From the NCBI GenBank assembly GCA_963775745.1, contig CAVZKE010000029.1, positions 51,959 through 115,958 of the forward strand: 64,000 nt of DNA. The letters run 5' to 3'. This DNA is from an uncultured Actinomycetota bacterium. GTDB lineage: Bacteria > Actinomycetota > Actinomycetes > Streptosporangiales > Streptosporangiaceae. Under the pieces are notes generated by a model. The model saw only the letters and a program-made list of their open reading frames with translations. It made no database searches and was not told the origin of the DNA. Below, one piece after another: positions 59,547 to 64,000 of the stretch. Position 1 is the stretch's first letter; every line of letters starts with the position of its first letter. The translations under genes were made by a program, and so were the position numbers.

Positions 59547-60781
59547 TCAATCAGGCATGTCGGCTGGGTGCACGGTGTAGTTCCATTCCCCGTGGAACTC
59601 GTGCGGGGTGACGTGGCGTTGGAGCAGGTTCTTCATCTCCCGGTCAGGGATCTTGATTCCGCGCGGATAGGCGCCGGTGTCGCGTTCGGCACGCACGGTC
59701 AGGCCGGTGCGGGTGGTGGTCCCGGCGATGAGGTTCACCGCGACCTCGTGGCTGGTCAGCGGCTGCCCGGCCCAGTTCATCGAGATGTGGCTGAACAGCC
59801 GGTGCTCGATCTTGTTCCACTTGGACGTGCCCGGCGGCATGTGGCAGACCGTGATCGCCAGGCCGGTCTCGGTGGCCAGGGCCGCCAGTTCCTTCTTCCG
59901 CAGCCGCAGCCGGTAGCCGTTGGAACCGCCCGCGTCTGCGGTGACCATGAGCCTGGCCGCCTGCGGATACGCGGCGGCGCCGACGGTGGACCACCAGCGG
60001 CGGATGGTCTCGACGGCGAACTGCCCGGTGTCTCCGTCGCAGCCCACCGATACCCAGCCAGTGTCGGCGGCCAGGTCGTAGACCCCGGAGGGCACCGCCT
60101 TGCCCTGTTCGCCGGGGAAGTCGTGCACGCCGGCGCGGCGTGGCTCGCCGGCCGGTCGCCAGGCCCGGCCCTTGTTCGCGTACTCGCCGACCGTTTCTTT
60201 CTTCTTCGCGTCCACGCTGATCACCGGCTCGCCTTCGGCCAGGCAGGCAGTGACCTGGCCGTTGATGTAGCGGAACTGGGCGTCCCGGTCTGCGTGCTGC
60301 TTTGCTTCCACGGTCTTGGCGCTGGCCTGCATGCGGTAGCCCAGCGGTCCGCTCAGCAGCCGGCCGACGCTGTGGCGGGACACATGGTGCCCCTGTGCCG
60401 CCAGCTCGCCGGCGAGGTTGCGGGTCGATCTGATGGTCCAGCGCAGCCGGCTCATCGGGTCACCCCGGGTCTCGGGCTCGACCAGCGCGTCCAGGGCGTC
60501 GAGCAGGCCGGGGTCGGTCTCGGTCAGCGGTTTGCGGCCGGCCCGGAGCGCCGGGCACGCCCGGGCATCGCGTCCCCACCGCCTTCCAGCTCCCCGACCC
60601 CGGCAGTGATCGTCACCCGGGATACCCCGGAGGCACGCGCCACCAGCGAAATCCCGCCGTGTCCCAGCGAGCGGGCCTCGGCGGCCAGCACCAGGCGGCG
60701 CTGCCGCTCGTCCAGGTGCGGCACGATCGCGTCGAACTTCGCCGAAAGGACCCGCTCGTCGATCTCCATGACCAGTGCCAT
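59547..60781 (-). pseudogene. ISAzo13-family transposase, one frameshift near 60.55 kb
   Basis: N-terminal frame MALVMEIDERVLSAKFDAIVPHLDERQRRLVLAAEARSLGHGGISLVARASGVSRVTI. The rest reads ...KPLTETDPGLLDALDALVEPETRGDPMSRLRWT...SVDAKKKETVGEY...VTADAGGSNGYRLRLRKKELAALATETGLAITVCHMPPGTSKWNKIEHRLFSHISMNW. Confidence 0.85.
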
Positions 60782-60835
60782 ACCAGAACTGTGCCAGGAC
60801 AATCAGGACATGTAAATCTAATTTAGAGACACTCC

Positions 60836-61915
60836 CCTAGATCGTTGACCGGGAAATATGCGCAGGTCGGGGCCTAGTGGTCGTAGGCGATCAAGGAGCG
60901 CTTGACTGGTGCGCCGATCATCCAGTTGTGCCAGATGCAGGCGTTGAGGGCGAGCAGCCGCTGCACGATCCTGGCCCAGAGCCCGGCGGGGACGCGGCCG
61001 CCGTGGCGTTCGAGGCCGAGCTGGTTCTTCAGCGTCCAGATGATCGCCTCGACCCGCTGCCGCAGCCAGTTCGGGAAGTACCGGGGGGCCTTCTCGTCTT
61101 TGCGGGCCGGGCGGATCAGGGCCAGGCCCAGGCCGGGGCTGGCGAAGAAGGCCTCGGTCTCCTCCCCGGACAGGCCCTTGTCCGTGACGACGGCGGTGCC
61201 CGGCGCCGGGCGGTTAGCGGGCTGGTCCTTGAGCATCTGCCGGGCGTGCTCGCGCTCGCCGAAGAGCTTGGGATTGGCCAGGCCGAAGCCGGTGACGGTG
61301 CCGTCGCAGGTGCAGATGAGCAGCAGCTTGCTGCCCCAGTACCAGCGCGAGTGGCTGGGGCAGTACCCGTAGCCCGCCCACCCGTACAGGTCAGAGCGCT
61401 TCGCGGTGACCGCGGACTGGCCGCACGGGACGGGCGTAGCGTCCATCAGCCGCAGCATCTCCGCGCTGCCCGGCGTGTGATCGGCCAGCCACCGCAGTGC
61501 CGCCTCCATCAGCGGCGCGAGTGCCTTGAGGCGGTCGTTGTACTCCGACTGGCCCAGCAGCCGCGGGAACAAGTGCCCCACCTGCTTAGCCGCGGCGCGC
61601 AGCCAGTGCCGCTCATCATCAAAGCGCAGCAGCACCTGCGCCACGGCCAGGCACACCAGTTCCGCGTCGGTCACCTCCGGCGGCTTGCCAGGCCCGCGGC
61701 GGCTGAACCCGCGCGAGGGGATGATCCGATCGGTCAGTTCCACGTAAAGTGCGGTCAGGAGAGTGTCCAGGTCGGCGATCATGACGGGCTCCAGGGTCCG
61801 GACGTGTGTAGACACGCCGATCCTGGACACTCTTCACTTAACAGTCACGGACCACTCCCGGCGAGTCGCCGAACATGCTCCCCACCAGCCACGAATTACC
61901 GGTCAACGATCTAGG
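60836..61915 (-). mobile_element. IS982-family insertion sequence (about 1.08 kb) with 17-bp perfect terminal inverted repeats
   Basis: cctagatcgttgaccgg (60836-60852) and ccggtcaacgatctagg (61899-61915). No target duplication was recognised. Confidence 0.85.
60874..61782 (-). CDS. IS982-family transposase
   Basis: Start taken at MIADLDTLLTALYVELTDRI inside ORF 60874..61830. ...VVTDKGLSGEE...RQRVEAIIWTLKNQLGLERHGGR...SLIAYDH. Confidence 0.88.
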   Translation of the reverse strand: MIADLDTLLTALYVELTDRIIPSRGFSRRGPGKPPEVTDAELVCLAVAQVLLRFDDERHWLRAAAKQVGHLFPRLLGQSEYNDRLKALAPLMEAALRWLADHTPGSAEMLRLMDATPVPCGQSAVTAKRSDLYGWAGYGYCPSHSRWYWGSKLLLICTCDGTVTGFGLANPKLFGEREHARQMLKDQPANRPAPGTAVVTDKGLSGEETEAFFASPGLGLALIRPARKDEKAPRYFPNWLRQRVEAIIWTLKNQLGLERHGGRVPAGLWARIVQRLLALNACIWHNWMIGAPVKRSLIAYDH

Positions 61916-61982
61916 CAAGGCGTACCCGGCCCTATGGACCGGTGAGCCGTCCAGGATGGGGTACGTGATATCTGGTAGTGTG

Positions 61983-62234
61983 TCAGCCTGCGCTGGACGC
62001 CGACATCAGGTAGGACACGAATAGCTTCACGGTGGCCAGCTTCGGATAGTCCTGAACAGGGATCTCGATACCGGTGCGGTCGTGTATGGCCGCCAGCAAG
62101 GTCAGAAAGTCCATCGAGTCGATGTCGGCCACCTCTTGGAGGGGCAGGTCAGGATCAACGGCGCCGAGATCTATCGCGGGGGCAATGTCGCGCAGCGTGG
62201 CCACCAGCACGGCGGTTGCGTCTTCCTCGGTCAT
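61983..62234 (-). CDS. stand-alone acyl/peptidyl carrier protein
   Basis: 83 aa from MTEEDATAVLVATLRDI (ATG 62234-62232). Phosphopantetheine site motif ADIDSMDFLTLL. Confidence 0.7.
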   Translation of the reverse strand: MTEEDATAVLVATLRDIAPAIDLGAVDPDLPLQEVADIDSMDFLTLLAAIHDRTGIEIPVQDYPKLATVKLFVSYLMSASSAG

Positions 62235-62507
62235 AAGGTTCCCAGCTGAGGCCAGCTTCCGCAGGGTCAGCCTCGTGACGGCGTCAGTCGAAGGGTATGA
62301 CAGCTTAGTGCGCGGCGAGGGCACCCGTGACGCCTGCCCGGGCCGTTGGCCCCGCCTGTCACCGTCGGCCGACCCTTCCGTGGCGGGATGCCTGCGCCGA
62401 AGGTGAGCTTAGGAGCACCGAAAATCCGGCGGACCCGGGGAGGTATGCGGCCCGGAAGAGGCGCAGCCGTCGCCGACCTGGGAGCCTACGCGGCGCGGGA
62501 GGCCCTG

Positions 62508-63032
62508 ATGACGCTAGACCAGGCTGAAGCTGTTGATGACGTCCTTACCACCGTGAGTCTCTCCAATGGCCGGACCCTGACCGTGCGGACCGTGACGCGG
62601 GCCGATGTCGAGGGGCTGAACGCGCTGTTCGAGGGGCTCTCCGATGACGATCGGTACTACCGCTTCTTTAGCATGTCCCATCCCGGCCGCAAGTTCCTTG
62701 AGCAGATGACCCGGGCTGCAGAGGAGGGCGGCTATCGCCTGGTCGCGGTCGTTTCCGGCCCCAAGGACCAACTCGTTGCCGAGGCGGGCTACGCCATCCT
62801 GCCTGACGGCAGCGGTGAGTTCGCCCTCACTATTGCCACTGGCTGGCGAGGCTGGCTAGGTCCCTACCTGCTCGACGCCCTCGTTGCCGCCGCCGCAGCC
62901 CGTGGCGTGCCTAACCTGCAAGCAGACATCCTGGTCAGCAACGTCCGGATGCTCGGGTTGGTCTCCCATCGTGGCTACGTAACGCTCGAGCGTCAGCTCT
63001 CTCAGGTTCGGGTCGCCATCGATGCCGCTTAA
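62508..63032 (+). CDS. GNAT-family N-acetyltransferase (Pat-like C-terminal-domain type)
   Basis: Internal ATG 62508 of ORF 62346..63032. ...LTVRTVTRADVEGLNALFEGLSDDDRYYRFF...ATGWRGWLGPYLLDALVAAAAARG. Confidence 0.75.
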   Translation: MTLDQAEAVDDVLTTVSLSNGRTLTVRTVTRADVEGLNALFEGLSDDDRYYRFFSMSHPGRKFLEQMTRAAEEGGYRLVAVVSGPKDQLVAEAGYAILPDGSGEFALTIATGWRGWLGPYLLDALVAAAAARGVPNLQADILVSNVRMLGLVSHRGYVTLERQLSQVRVAIDAA

Positions 63033-63390
63033 CCTCGCCAAGGCCCCAGCAGCGGCGGACCGGCCGTGCCTAGCCGCTAAGAATCCCGGCACGCGAGGGG
63101 GCTGGCCGAGGTGGCCTGTGCACCCGGAGATACGGCTCAGGCCCACGTGACGAGCACGTCGGCCCATCCCCTCCGTGTGCATGACGGGCGTGAGTGCTTG
63201 CTTGAGGGAGGGCATCCGCGCCGGGCATGAGTAGCCAAGGTACCCGCCGATCACGGCCTGCACAGGCCGCCTGACAGTTAACGGCCTTTGGGCGGGCCGG
63301 TCCATACCAGTGTCCGGGCGGGGAGGTGACTATGGTCCCTGGTGGCACTGACCGGCCTGGGGAAAGCTGGTCCAGAAGAGGTGACTGACA

Positions 63391-64000
63391 GTGTTCGCTG
63401 ATCGTGCCGATGCCGGACAGCAGCTGGCCGCGAAACTGGAGCATCTGCGCGGGGAGCCGGTGGTGGTGCTTGGCCTGCCACGCGGCGGGGTCCCGGTGGC
63501 GTTGCAGGTGGCCCTGGCGCTTGGCGCGCCGCTGGATGTGATCGTGGTCCGCAAGCTCGGGGTCCCCTTTCAGCCTGAGCTGGCCATGGGCGCGGTCGGT
63601 GAGGATGGGGTGCGGGTCATCAACCGGGAGGTTGTGCGCGACGCCATGGTCTCTGAGGAGGAGATCGCCGCTGTTGAGTCACGCGAGCGAGCCGAACTGG
63701 AACGCCGGGTTCGGCGTTTGCGCGGCGGCAGGCCGCGCCTGCCGCTGGAAGGGAAGGTCGCGGTGGTGGTCGATGACGGCATCGCCACCGGGGCCACCGC
63801 CCGGGCGGCGTGCCAGATCGCCCGGGCGCACGGGGCGGCCCGGGTCGTGCTGGCCGTACCCGTCGCGCCGCCGGGGTGGCAAGCGGGCTTCGGCGGCGTG
63901 GCCGGCGAGCTGGTCTGTGTGGACACCCCGGAAGGGTTCTTCGCCATCGGCCAGTTCTACGGCGACTTTTCTCAGGTAAGCGACGAGGAGGTAAACGCCT
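63391..64000 (+). CDS. phosphoribosyltransferase-family protein; 3' end runs off the window
   Basis: Not in the ORF track because there is no stop. GTG 63391: VFADRADAGQQLAAKLEHLRGEPVVVLGLPRGGVPVA...VAVVVDDGIATGATARAA, the PRPP-binding motif. Confidence 0.8.
   Translation, partial: MFADRADAGQQLAAKLEHLRGEPVVVLGLPRGGVPVALQVALALGAPLDVIVVRKLGVPFQPELAMGAVGEDGVRVINREVVRDAMVSEEEIAAVESRERAELERRVRRLRGGRPRLPLEGKVAVVVDDGIATGATARAACQIARAHGAARVVLAVPVAPPGWQAGFGGVAGELVCVDTPEGFFAIGQFYGDFSQVSDEEVNA

Overview
A 64-kb, very GC-rich segment (roughly 70% by eye, not computed) of an actinobacterial chromosome. All calls come from reading the supplied ORF track and translating by eye. Frameshift positions are good to about +/-20 nt.

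The backbone is the conserved actinobacterial neighbourhood: accD5/pccB-like carboxyltransferase (1-1435, minus strand), then diverging from it birA, a PH-domain membrane protein, purK, purE and a fadE25-like acyl-CoA dehydrogenase (39.2-49.5 kb, plus strand). Accessory DNA interrupts this backbone in several places:
- 1.5-7.1 kb: an MmyB-like regulator with a divergent MFS pump, TrmO, an F420-type LLM oxidoreductase, a deaminase and an Rv1733c-like membrane protein.
- 7.2-28.1 kb: an envelope-glycan island of about 21 kb. It holds GT-C membrane glycosyltransferases, a GT2 polyprenyl-phosphate sugar synthase, Ugd, an AsnB-methyltransferase fusion, DUF354, a bi-domain oxidoreductase, four further SAM methyltransferases and an LPG-synthase-TM-like protein.
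- 15.9-16.8 kb and 28.4-28.9 kb: IS256-like and DDE (IS5-like) transposase remnants.
- 29.0-35.6 kb: a complete hisG-D-C-B-H-A-F-I operon in which every gene is broken.
- 35.6-39.0 kb: a dead and a live pair of GT-C paralogues separated by 80-bp tandem repeats.
- 40.6-46.6 kb: leucine-catabolism-like genes plus a two-component system, lying between the PH-domain gene and purK.
- 49.4-57.0 kb: three copies of the 3' end of the acyl-CoA dehydrogenase gene plus its downstream DNA. They bracket two small cargo blocks that carry a tRNA-Tyr-like remnant, MerR, an ICMT-like methyltransferase, two 2TM proteins and an IS21 with a target-site duplication.
- 57.2-64.0 kb: archease and RtcB, an ISAzo13 + IS982 nest, and an orphan ACP, a GNAT and a phosphoribosyltransferase.

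I found no rRNA, intact tRNA or CRISPR array. The most interesting signals are the triplicated gene-end module with its conserved non-coding tail and short motifs, the decayed his operon, and the unusual glycan island.
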